The notes beneath the pieces are model-generated. The model worked only from the letters and a program-made list of their open reading frames with translations. It ran no database searches and was not told the DNA's origin. Below are positions 37,298 to 46,140 of a stretch of 64,000 nucleotides of DNA, one piece after another. The position numbers and the translations under genes are program-made. The stretch's first letter is position 1, and the number at the start of each line of letters is the position of its first letter. The stretch comes from Eubacteriales bacterium (lineage in GTDB: Bacteria; Bacillota; Clostridia; Oscillospirales; CAG-272), in NCBI GenBank assembly GCA_045540515.1, contig JAZQHJ010000173.1, positions 6,347 to 70,346 on the forward strand. The letters are read 5' to 3'.

Positions 37298-38072
37298 TAC
37301 CGTCCTTTAATAAATTTGGAACAATGGGCCTTGATTGCCAATGAGAGCCAGATTCCATAACTGCTTGAATGAAGCCCTTGCGAACATATTTAAGTCGGTC
37401 AACGGTGAGTCCGTTTTCCTCAACCTTAATATATAGCCCCTCCATAAGCCTTGAAGGGTCCGTCTCACGCACCTGTCTTTCAACATCAAGGTCAAGCCTT
37501 TTGGCAAGTGCTCTTAAATTATCAATATGATTTTCAGTAATGTAATTTGAATTGCCAATGAGGGATAAAATTTCCTCCTTGCTAGAAAAAACACCACTTG
37601 CCAAAACGGGAACACTTGATATGATTCCCATTTTATCAGTTAGCATTTTTCTTGACGGAGTGTCTAAAAACACCCCATTTTCCCTGTCGTAAATATCAAA
37701 TTCCATAAAGTAGCTTGGCAAGGCATCGTAGAAAATAGTGTGCTTTGCATACATCCATTCGCCATACATTATATATTTAACCCCAAGAGTGTCAAAAAGA
37801 ATGTCCTGATTTGTGCTTGCCCATTGCTTTAATAGGTTATAGTGCCTTTCTCTGTATCCACCGTCAAGATAGTGTCCTCTGCTTTGCAAAAGTAAGTTGC
37901 CATTTTCATCAAAGGAGATTGCAGAGTTAGCACCGTCAATCTTTTCCTCTATAACAATATTTTTTCCAAGAATTTCGCTAAATGGCGCTTGTGAAAGGTC
38001 CTCATCACCAGGACCAAGACGTGAGCCCCTTAAATGCCTTGTTCTTGGATATTTTACTATATTAAAATCCAT
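37278..38072 (-). CDS. ATP-dependent RNA ligase family protein (PF09414-like)
   Basis: The nucleotidyltransferase motif I (KxDG) appears in EEKIDGAN, preceded by YPRTRHL. ATG at 38072 follows GGGAGAA; the track's TTG at 38084 is less likely. Confidence 0.7.
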   Translation of the reverse strand: MDFNIVKYPRTRHLRGSRLGPGDEDLSQAPFSEILGKNIVIEEKIDGANSAISFDENGNLLLQSRGHYLDGGYRERHYNLLKQWASTNQDILFDTLGVKYIMYGEWMYAKHTIFYDALPSYFMEFDIYDRENGVFLDTPSRKMLTDKMGIISSVPVLASGVFSSKEEILSLIGNSNYITENHIDNLRALAKRLDLDVERQVRETDPSRLMEGLYIKVEENGLTVDRLKYVRKGFIQAVMESGSHWQSRPIVPNLLKDGSAYGGY

Positions 38073-38087
38073 AATTTCTCCCAAAAA

Positions 38088-38780
38088 TTAGTTATCAATT
38101 TTTGCAATCATAAATAAATGTCCCGAAACGCCGTCAAAGGACAGCCTTGTTACGCCACAGGCATTAAAGTATTTTGTAAGCCTTTCCTTTGTGAGCAGGT
38201 GAATATGCTCGGGATTGTCATCCTCCTTGGAGGGAACGGTTACAACGATGAATTTTTTTGCAAGACTAACAGCGTTCTTAATAGCCCCCTCAACATCGGG
38301 AATATGCTCCAAGACCTCAAGCATAGTGACCACGTCAAAGCTTTTTTTAGGCAGGGACGTGTCGCAAATTGACTCGTTTACAACTGTTAGGTTGTTTGCT
38401 CCGCCGTTTGCGATATCATTAAGCAGAGTAACCCTTTTGTCAAGAATTTCAAGGCTTGTAACCCTAATATGGGGCATTTGCTCCATAAAGGGTAGAAGAA
38501 ACACCCCTCTGCCACTGCCAACATCTAACAGATTTTCAAAATAGATGCTTTTTAAAAAGCCAAGCACCTTAACAACCCTTGGTAGTGTTCTGTCACTTTT
38601 CTTAAAATAGTATAGCTTGATTTTGTGCTCGGAGGCAAAGTCAAAAAGAGCATTGCACTCGTCCTCGGTAAGGTCATCAAGGCTTTTTTCTAAAACTTGT
38701 GTATCAAATGGTAGCCCAAGCCTTTTAATCTGTCCTCTGATTACAGCAAGAGCATATTTGGAATAAAATCTTTCATTCAT
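38088..38780 (-). CDS. class I SAM-dependent methyltransferase
   Basis: Motif I LLDVGSGRGVF and post-I/II blocks (VTSLEILD, FDVVTMLEVLEHI). It is the first gene of the three-gene minus-strand operon. Confidence 0.75.
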   Translation of the reverse strand: MNERFYSKYALAVIRGQIKRLGLPFDTQVLEKSLDDLTEDECNALFDFASEHKIKLYYFKKSDRTLPRVVKVLGFLKSIYFENLLDVGSGRGVFLLPFMEQMPHIRVTSLEILDKRVTLLNDIANGGANNLTVVNESICDTSLPKKSFDVVTMLEVLEHIPDVEGAIKNAVSLAKKFIVVTVPSKEDDNPEHIHLLTKERLTKYFNACGVTRLSFDGVSGHLFMIAKIDN

Positions 38781-38809
38781 AATGGGCTCCCTTCATAAAA
38801 TTTGTTAAA

Positions 38810-39907
38810 TTATTTTTGTGCTTCTGCAAATTCCTTATCCGCAAGGGCACAGAATCGTGTAATCAGCTCTGTCTCCTTAGGGTCATAAGGGCGATGGCTT
38901 GGTCTATACAGGTCGTGGAACCATTTTGTAAAATCAATATCGGCATGCTTGTCGTCATTATACCATTGCCAGTGCCCCTCATATGGTTCATAGGTTTGAT
39001 ATTTTCCTGCAACAAAGCCCCAGTTATAGCATCCAATATTTTCAAGATAGAAAAGAGGGAAGTTATCAAAAACAGTATTATCAGTGCACCTTGCAAGCCA
39101 CTCGGTATTTATAATAGGTCTGCCAAGGCTTTTTAGATATTTTATAACCTGAATATGCTCCTCGTATCTTCCGTAGCAATGGTATGTAATAATGTCGGAG
39201 CATTCGAGTGCAAATTGGTCTATTTCATTATCAAAGCGCTTGCTATCTCCACACCACCATGCGCCAACTGTAAGAGGCTGGGACGGATTTATTTCCCTTA
39301 CCTCGTTGAACATTCTTTGAAGAATTGGCATGGTAAGACCTCTGCGATTGCTGTTTCCTGGCTCATTGAATAAATCCCACATAAGAATCCTTGCATCATC
39401 CTTGTAAAGGCTTACAATCTCACGCACCATTTCAAAATATTTTTCACGGCTCTTTTCGTTATCAAAATAATAATGAGGCGCAGGACCATAGTGTCTGCCG
39501 TGCTGTGAGTGCTTTCTACCACCGTGATAGCCAATATCATAGTGTTGCTCACCAATATCGGGCATTTTCCAAAGCTCTGTTTTTGGAGGCATACAGTCAT
39601 TTGCTAAAACAATCATACAGGATATGCCACAGCTGTGGCAAAGAGAAATATACCTTTCAAAATTCTTTAAAAATACGTCGTGCTCCTTTTCCCACACAAC
39701 ATATTCAAGAATTAAGCGAACAGAGTTGTAGCCAAGCTCCCTCATCAATTTAAGCTCGGACTCTGTTTCCTTTAAATACTCATCAAAATGTAGGCTCTGC
39801 CACTGGTCAACCCTGTTTGCACAGGATGCACTCATATAGTTACATCCTCTTATCCAAGGTCGCTTGCTGTACCATTCCCATGCCTTTTCATTACTCCATT
39901 TTTTCAT
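38810..39907 (-). CDS. clan GH-A glycoside hydrolase (GH5-like)
   Basis: DLFNEPGN is the acid/base NEP motif and INTEW is a candidate nucleophile. No signal peptide is present. Confidence 0.55.
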   Translation of the reverse strand: MKKWSNEKAWEWYSKRPWIRGCNYMSASCANRVDQWQSLHFDEYLKETESELKLMRELGYNSVRLILEYVVWEKEHDVFLKNFERYISLCHSCGISCMIVLANDCMPPKTELWKMPDIGEQHYDIGYHGGRKHSQHGRHYGPAPHYYFDNEKSREKYFEMVREIVSLYKDDARILMWDLFNEPGNSNRRGLTMPILQRMFNEVREINPSQPLTVGAWWCGDSKRFDNEIDQFALECSDIITYHCYGRYEEHIQVIKYLKSLGRPIINTEWLARCTDNTVFDNFPLFYLENIGCYNWGFVAGKYQTYEPYEGHWQWYNDDKHADIDFTKWFHDLYRPSHRPYDPKETELITRFCALADKEFAEAQK

Positions 39908-40072
39908 AAAACACCTCTAAAAATAGCCTCACAAGACTATTATATCTCACAAAAAATATTTTTTCAATAGAGTACACCTTGATATTCTGTCAATCTATAC
40001 AAATTTATGTTTTTAAATATGTCAATTTTGTACAAAATGCTTTTTAATTGTGTCTAAATTTTGACATATATA

Positions 40073-40100
40073 TTGAAATTACGACAAAACGTGCTATAAT
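40073..40100 (+). promoter_or_regulatory. candidate SigA promoter with extended -10 (TTGAAA-N13-TGCTATAAT) for the island
   Basis: TTGAAA at 40073-40078 and TGCTATAAT at 40092-40100, 42 nt upstream of the first island gene. Confidence 0.5.
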
Positions 40101-40141
40101 AATATTATATAAATTATACAAAATCATCAAGGAGGGTAGCT

Positions 40142-41008
40142 TTGGGCTGGAAGGACGACAGAAAAAAATATTTTGTTCTTAATGAGCAGGTATTGCAGTA
40201 TGCAAAAAAGGCTACCGCTGCTACAAGCACAAACGAGCTTGCAAAAATATGTCAAAGAATGTATATTGCGGATTATATAAACCTTGAAGGCATAGATTTG
40301 TATCTTGCAAAGCATGCGCTGACGGCAGTTTACAGAGTTTTGAAGCAATATCCTGCTTTAAGGGGCGAAATTCATTATTTTGGTACGTTAAGGGGCTTTG
40401 CTGAGAAGAAGGATGCACTTTATGAGTTTTTATATAAGGATGTACCGTTAGATTTAAAGCAAGGTGTAAAGAGAGAAAGTGACAAGCTGGTAAGTGATAT
40501 AAAATACACTCTTGACAATGCAGGTCTTGCCGTTGCCTTTTTAATACCGGCAGATAAATATAGGTTTTCAGGAATTATAATTGATGAAAACGATTTTGAC
40601 CACAAAAGCATTCTTTTGAATTTGGAGGAGGCGGTAAGACAGGGCTTTAATCCTGTTGGATGCTCAACCGTAAAGTCCGTCGTTGACCACGAGCTAGGAC
40701 ATTTACTCGATTATTGGTTAAACGTAAGTAATGATGCGGATTTCAAATCAAACTTTGATAAGGCAGGTCCATTTTACATAGAAAAGCACCTTTCGCAGTA
40801 CCCTGTATGCAGTGGAAGAACAAACTACGCAGAGGCACTTGCTGAGGGATTTGCAGAGGCACAAAACAATAGCAGCCCACGAAAAATTGCATGCTATGTA
40901 AAAAGAAAAATAGACGAAGCCTATGCTCAAAAAATAATTGAGCTAGACAACAAGGACAAGCATCAAAAAAGCTTTGCAGACAAAATCAAAAACTTACTTA
41001 AATTATAA
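40142..41008 (+). CDS. putative zincin-like metallopeptidase (HExxH)
   Basis: TTG start follows AAGGAGGG. HELGHLLD is followed about 50 aa later by EALAEGFAE, a candidate third ligand or helix. No signal peptide or TM segment is present. Confidence 0.45.
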   Translation: MGWKDDRKKYFVLNEQVLQYAKKATAATSTNELAKICQRMYIADYINLEGIDLYLAKHALTAVYRVLKQYPALRGEIHYFGTLRGFAEKKDALYEFLYKDVPLDLKQGVKRESDKLVSDIKYTLDNAGLAVAFLIPADKYRFSGIIIDENDFDHKSILLNLEEAVRQGFNPVGCSTVKSVVDHELGHLLDYWLNVSNDADFKSNFDKAGPFYIEKHLSQYPVCSGRTNYAEALAEGFAEAQNNSSPRKIACYVKRKIDEAYAQKIIELDNKDKHQKSFADKIKNLLKL

Positions 41009-41022
41009 AAAGGAGATACAAA

Positions 41023-42207
41023 ATGAAACAGGAATACACGTTAAGAGAGCTACTTGAGCTAGGAGCTGCTGAATCATATTATAGTGCAACTGTTGAAAGA
41101 TTCTCGCTAGCAAGATATTTCATGAATTTTATGAGAAATTATATTGATAGCAGAGAGGAAAACAAAACCAAGGCAAGTATAAATATGAATTTGGACACGC
41201 TTTGTGTAAAAATTGAAAGGAACGACCTTGGTGAAAATCAATACATCTTTTCTTTAAAAAACAAGCCAGTTGATGAGAATAACCCATTTGACAATTTTGC
41301 TTACGTAGGAAACAAGCTACTACAAGCAGTTGCTGAAAAGGGGCTTACATATTCAAAGCACGTTCCCTCAAAAAAGGATAAAATACAAGCAGTAGCAATC
41401 ATTTTATTTGAAATATTGTTCGCTTGCCATCCATACAAGGGAAATACATATTTTACAAGCGCTGTGGAAAGCCCAGAGAAGGAGCTAGAATTCTTTACAA
41501 ATAGCAAGCTTTTCATATTTGATGACGCAGTAGGAAAGAAAATTAGAATTAACGGCTACCACGATGTTCCATTTGCTCTTTGGGAAATGCTTTCCGAGGG
41601 ACAAAAGAGCTTCCTTAAAAAGGGCATTAGTGGAGCAGTTAAAAAGGAGGATTTTGCTTCCTTTTATGATGAATGGTATGTAAAATTCAAGTACAAGAGG
41701 ATAAATTATTTAACTCAATGCGGTCAAGAGATTTTCGGACTTGAATTTGAAAAGGATGATTTCGTTTTATTTGCAACTGATATTTTCTATGGAAAAAATG
41801 AGATAATTTGCTATTCCGCTGACCAAAGCAATTACAGAACCTGTGCAAAATGTACCTTTGCAGAGCAAAAGGTTAAGGCTGTTTCATATAAGGCAAGGGT
41901 AACACTTACTAACGCTGGCCTTGGAAGAAAAGCAACAGAGAGCACAGAAAAGGAAATTTCCATAAAGGTTGGTATGGAGATAACTGGACGAGACCTTGAT
42001 AAGAAAAATGGTGGGGACGAGGTTGTATTTACTGTAATTCCGAGCAAGAAAATAAATACAATAGGACTCCATTATACAGGTGACCAGGTTGTTACAGCCG
42101 TTTATCCAAACAAGGACGTTTATATGCATGAAAATGATGCGAAATTCGTAATTGCCCCTGGTACAGCTATTTATCTTGCAGGCAATTTGAAAATAGAAAT
42201 CTTATAA
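41023..42207 (+). CDS. pseudokinase-like protein (kinase C-lobe-like region without Gly-loop/Lys) with C-terminal beta-rich domain shared with the adjacent kinase
   Basis: KIQAVAIILFEILFACHPYKG aligns with DRYSLAIMLFMLLTNGHPLEG of the next gene. INMNLDTLCV occupies the catalytic-loop position. There is no GxGxxG or VAxK. The C-terminal segment resembles the kinase's C-terminal segment. Confidence 0.45.
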   Translation: MKQEYTLRELLELGAAESYYSATVERFSLARYFMNFMRNYIDSREENKTKASINMNLDTLCVKIERNDLGENQYIFSLKNKPVDENNPFDNFAYVGNKLLQAVAEKGLTYSKHVPSKKDKIQAVAIILFEILFACHPYKGNTYFTSAVESPEKELEFFTNSKLFIFDDAVGKKIRINGYHDVPFALWEMLSEGQKSFLKKGISGAVKKEDFASFYDEWYVKFKYKRINYLTQCGQEIFGLEFEKDDFVLFATDIFYGKNEIICYSADQSNYRTCAKCTFAEQKVKAVSYKARVTLTNAGLGRKATESTEKEISIKVGMEITGRDLDKKNGGDEVVFTVIPSKKINTIGLHYTGDQVVTAVYPNKDVYMHENDAKFVIAPGTAIYLAGNLKIEIL

Positions 42208-42226
42208 AGTATTAGGAGAATAAAAA

Positions 42227-43648
42227 ATGCCAAAGAAAATAATAGTAACCTCAACGGTTAATCAAACATACGAGGTCGTTTTTGACCCAACAAATCCAAC
42301 AGGATATAAAACACTTGGAAGTGGAGGACAGGGAACTGTTTATGTTGCAAAAAGGCAAAGTGACGGAAAGCAATTTGCATTAAAGCTATTTCACAAAAAA
42401 ACCCCACCAAAATTTAACGAAAATATTAAAGAATTGGTTCAAACACCATGTCCACACCCAGCTTTTGTATGGCCACTAGAATTTATTGCCTCAGCCCCAA
42501 ATGGTGGAATTGGCTACATAATGGAAATTTACGATAGCGCCTTTCGCAAATTTGACGACTTTGTAGTTCACGGCACAGCCAAGGTGAAGTCAAGAAGGGT
42601 TCAGTTAAATGCATTAATTGAGCTATACAGTGCTTTTGCAAAGCTACACGCAATTGGTCGTTGCTTTCAGGATATAAATAACGGAGCAATCGTAATTGAC
42701 CCTGAAAAGGGAAGAGTTCGCATTTGCGATTGCGAAAACGTAATTCCAAACGGAGAAAAAATGCCTGTTATGTACGATGACAATGGAAGAGAACAGTATA
42801 TGAAGGGCGTTTCAAGATTTATTGCACCAGAAATAGAGCTAGGTGTAAAAAATCCAGATGTTTATACCGATAGATATTCACTTGCAATTATGTTATTTAT
42901 GCTTCTTACAAATGGACATCCACTCGAAGGATCAAAAAGATTTAAATACAACAAAGAGCAAATTGTAACAGCTGACGTTGAGCATGATATATTTGGAAGA
43001 AATCCAATATTTATATTTAGCTCAGCCAATAAAACAAACCCACCAGATCCAGAAGCTGACAGAGGTCCAATAGCAGCGTGGCCAATGATTCCTGAAACAG
43101 TTAAGGTGTTGTTTGAAAAGACCTTTTCTGCCGGCGCTCCTATAAACGGCTCAACAAGCAATTTGAATAACAGAGAGCAAAGGCCAACAGAAGACCAGTG
43201 GAAAAAGGAGCTTGAGAAATGGGCAGATATGCTAGTTCCTTGCTCTGGCTGTAAAAAATCCTTTGTTGCAAAAATCAATGCAAAGGAGAAAAGGGCGGAT
43301 ACTGTTTGCCCAATATGCAAGAAGGATAACAAGTATAATTTCCCACTTATGGGAGTTTTCAATGGGGGAATTCAAACAAGAATAGTATTGCTTTCACCAA
43401 ATAAGAAGGTGCCATCAGAAACTATTTTTGCTGATAGCTCCCTTGAACCAGTTATGCATATTATTCCATCTAAAAAGGAGCCAGGAACCTATGGAGCTGT
43501 AAATCTATCAAATAATGAATGGATGTGCACAGTAGGCCAACAAGGTACAAGGGTTTCTCCTGGCAAGGTAATAAAGCTAATAGATGGTATGACAATCGAA
43601 ATAGATTATGAAACAAAATGTAAGATTTTAGTCCCTAAAAAGGGTTAA
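42227..43648 (+). CDS. Ser/Thr protein kinase (atypical catalytic loop) with Zn-ribbon and C-terminal beta-rich domain
   Basis: Gly-loop LGSGGQGTVY, Lys in FALKLF, catalytic Asp in CFQDINNGAIVID, DFG-equivalent ICDCEN, APE in FIAPEI, and a CxxC...CxxC ribbon (CSGCKKSF...CPICKKDN). Confidence 0.8.
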   Translation: MPKKIIVTSTVNQTYEVVFDPTNPTGYKTLGSGGQGTVYVAKRQSDGKQFALKLFHKKTPPKFNENIKELVQTPCPHPAFVWPLEFIASAPNGGIGYIMEIYDSAFRKFDDFVVHGTAKVKSRRVQLNALIELYSAFAKLHAIGRCFQDINNGAIVIDPEKGRVRICDCENVIPNGEKMPVMYDDNGREQYMKGVSRFIAPEIELGVKNPDVYTDRYSLAIMLFMLLTNGHPLEGSKRFKYNKEQIVTADVEHDIFGRNPIFIFSSANKTNPPDPEADRGPIAAWPMIPETVKVLFEKTFSAGAPINGSTSNLNNREQRPTEDQWKKELEKWADMLVPCSGCKKSFVAKINAKEKRADTVCPICKKDNKYNFPLMGVFNGGIQTRIVLLSPNKKVPSETIFADSSLEPVMHIIPSKKEPGTYGAVNLSNNEWMCTVGQQGTRVSPGKVIKLIDGMTIEIDYETKCKILVPKKG

Positions 43649-43688
43649 AATAAAAAATTAAAATTCATTATAATGGAGGAAAAAGAAA

Positions 43689-44468
43689 ATGGATGAAAAC
43701 ATGGAATTATTCGGAGAAGAGGGCTTTGACGACATTGGCGAAATTCCAGTAGGAGCGCAAAAGGAAATTCTTGTAGTGCCAATTATCGACGCATCAGGAA
43801 GTATGAGTGACTATGGCAACATTACAAAGGTTAATGAGGCAATGGCAACTGTACCAGCACAGCTCAAGCAAATTGAACAAAAAGAGCATGTTAAGGTTGT
43901 ACTAGCACCACTTGCGTTCAGCAACGAGGCAAAATGGCTCGGCTTACAAGGTGGCTCACCTGTTTACGTGGATCAATTCGTATGGAGAGACCTTTCTGCA
44001 TCTGGCGGAACAAACCTTGGAGATGCTTACACAAAGCTATGGGAAAAGCTCACAACAAAGGAGCAAGGCGGTTGGATGGACGGCAGAAAGGGCTTAAAGC
44101 CAATTCTACTTCTCATTTCTGACGGAGCTCCAAATCCAGGCTGGGAAAGACCTTTTGAAAAATTAAAGGAAAGAGGCTGGTTCAGCACATCAATCAGATA
44201 TGCAATCAAGGTTGAAAGTGCAAGAGAGGACGTTCTTTTGGCATTTACAGAAAACAAAGAGGCTATCTATGATATTTCAACCCTAAGAGACAAGCTTTCT
44301 TCTTTAATTGTAAAAATTATTATGAAGGTAACCGAGGCTGTAAGTAAGGGTGGCGGAGTTAAGGCAAACATCGGTGGTTCAAATCAAAGCATGGACCAAC
44401 AAGCAAACAAAGAGATAATTGCTGGCGCTAACGAAGAAATTAAGGCAGACGACCCAACCCTATTCTAA
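43689..44468 (+). CDS. TerY-like von Willebrand factor A domain protein (intact MIDAS)
   Basis: MIDAS DxSxS in PIIDASGSMS, Thr in SGGTNLG and Asp in LLLISDGAPN. Confidence 0.8.
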   Translation: MDENMELFGEEGFDDIGEIPVGAQKEILVVPIIDASGSMSDYGNITKVNEAMATVPAQLKQIEQKEHVKVVLAPLAFSNEAKWLGLQGGSPVYVDQFVWRDLSASGGTNLGDAYTKLWEKLTTKEQGGWMDGRKGLKPILLLISDGAPNPGWERPFEKLKERGWFSTSIRYAIKVESAREDVLLAFTENKEAIYDISTLRDKLSSLIVKIIMKVTEAVSKGGGVKANIGGSNQSMDQQANKEIIAGANEEIKADDPTLF

Positions 44469-44490
44469 TTAAAATAACGCAAATCAGACC

Positions 44491-44516
44491 TGTCCGCCGT
44501 CGTAGGACGGTGGACA
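44491..44516 (+). other. strong intra-operon RNA hairpin (11-bp stem, GTAG loop), no T-run
   Basis: TGTCCGCCGTC gtag GACGGTGGACA (one G-U pair), located 23 nt after the vWA stop codon. Confidence 0.5.
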
Positions 44517-44635
44517 AGCTCTGGTTACAAAAAACAAATGACCTTAAAAGTCCAAGCACGGCTTGGCAAAAAAGAAATAAATTTGAAAACAGCTTGGCAT
44601 ATGCCAATAACATAAAATTAGGAAAAGGAGCTAAA

Positions 44636-45358
44636 ATGGCAAAATTACAAGAATCCTCAAAACAAAAACAAATGGAACTGCTAGTAGTTCCAATTATAAA
44701 TGTATCAAAGAGTATGAAGGGCGAAAAAATTTCTTCAGTCAATGAGGCTATGAGCAACTTTGCTTCCCAGCTTCTTGCGATTGAAGAAAACGAGATAAAT
44801 GTGTTGATTGCTCCACTTGTTTTTTCAAGCAAGGCACAATGGATAAAATTAAATGATAATAACCCAGTAAGACCAGCAGATTTTATCTGGGAGGACATAA
44901 GCGCAGATGATGAAGAGGCAAATCTTGGTAGCGCTTACGAATTACTATATGAAAAGCTTCAAACAAAGGAAAACGGCGGTTGGATGCAATATAAAGATAA
45001 GGGGCTATGTCCAATTATTTTGCTTATTTCTGATAATTCTGTTAGCCATAGTGCAAATTGGCAGAAGTCATATGAACACATAAGCGGGCTTTTTTGGTTT
45101 CAATGGGCATTAAGGTTTGTAATAAAGATTGAATCAAATGACGCTCTTGAAAGCTTTGTTAAATGTAGAGAAAATATTTACGATGTTCATCATTTAAGGC
45201 ATGATGTTGGATGCTTTGTTCATCCAATTGTGTGTAGCTATGATAGGTATTGCGACGACGAACCACATTATGAAAATGAGCCCGTTACTCCTCAAAGCAA
45301 CGAGGATGACACAAAGCCAATAGAGCCAATAGATTTCGAAGACCTTTTTCTAGAATAA
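44636..45358 (+). CDS. vWA domain protein with degenerate MIDAS
   Basis: ATG at 44636 follows AAAGGAG. The MIDAS positions read NVSKS (D to N), DDEEANLG (T to A) and LLISDNS (DG to DN). The C-terminus is acidic. Confidence 0.65.
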   Translation: MAKLQESSKQKQMELLVVPIINVSKSMKGEKISSVNEAMSNFASQLLAIEENEINVLIAPLVFSSKAQWIKLNDNNPVRPADFIWEDISADDEEANLGSAYELLYEKLQTKENGGWMQYKDKGLCPIILLISDNSVSHSANWQKSYEHISGLFWFQWALRFVIKIESNDALESFVKCRENIYDVHHLRHDVGCFVHPIVCSYDRYCDDEPHYENEPVTPQSNEDDTKPIEPIDFEDLFLE

Positions 45359-45403
45359 TTTTTAGTAGCATTAAATTAAATACATATACAGCAAGGAGAC
45401 AAA

Positions 45404-46108
45404 ATGGCAAAAAAATACCCATTTGATGAGCTAGAAGAAGGAGTTCCAATTCCACAGTGCTTCGTAGCTCCAATTATTGACACATCTGGAAGCATGTATA
45501 ACATTTTACCTCTAATAAACGAAGCTATAAGTGAGCTTTTACCAATATTAAAGGAAATAGAATTAGACGAGTGCATTGATATAAGCTTTATGCCAATAGG
45601 CTTTGCAAATCAAGCAAGGTGGTTAAGAGCACCAAATGATGATGGCTGTGAATGGGATAAGGAAAAGCTAGTAGCAAGCGGAGGAAGCAATTTAGAGAGT
45701 GCATTTAATTTGCTTTACGATAAGCTAAAAAGTGAAAAAGAAGGCGGATGGTTAAGGAGAGAAGCAACACGACCGGTTCTTGTTCTTATAACAGACGGAT
45801 ATCCAGAGCAAGGCTGGGAGAGGGCGTTAGAGGAGCTAAACAAGGTAAATGCCTTCAAGAACGCTATAAGATATGCAATTGAGCTAAACGATGTAGATGA
45901 AAGGGTTCTTTTAAAATTTGCAGACGAGGATGCAGTTATTCGTGTTTGGAAGAACACAGATATTAAGGAGCTTTTTATGGAATTGATTGTTTTGGCAATA
46001 CAAGAAGCAAGGTGTACTGATAGCCTTTTATTGAATGACGGCATATCCAAGGAAAAAATCATTAGAAGAATAAATGAAGCAATCTTCTATAAAGAGGAAG
46101 AGCTTTAA
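45404..46108 (+). CDS. TerY-like vWA domain protein (intact MIDAS)
   Basis: PIIDTSGSMYN, SGGSNLESAF and VLITDGYPEQGWE. Confidence 0.8.
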   Translation: MAKKYPFDELEEGVPIPQCFVAPIIDTSGSMYNILPLINEAISELLPILKEIELDECIDISFMPIGFANQARWLRAPNDDGCEWDKEKLVASGGSNLESAFNLLYDKLKSEKEGGWLRREATRPVLVLITDGYPEQGWERALEELNKVNAFKNAIRYAIELNDVDERVLLKFADEDAVIRVWKNTDIKELFMELIVLAIQEARCTDSLLLNDGISKEKIIRRINEAIFYKEEEL

Positions 46109-46140
46109 ACAGAAAGAAAATATATAAGGAGAAAATAAAT

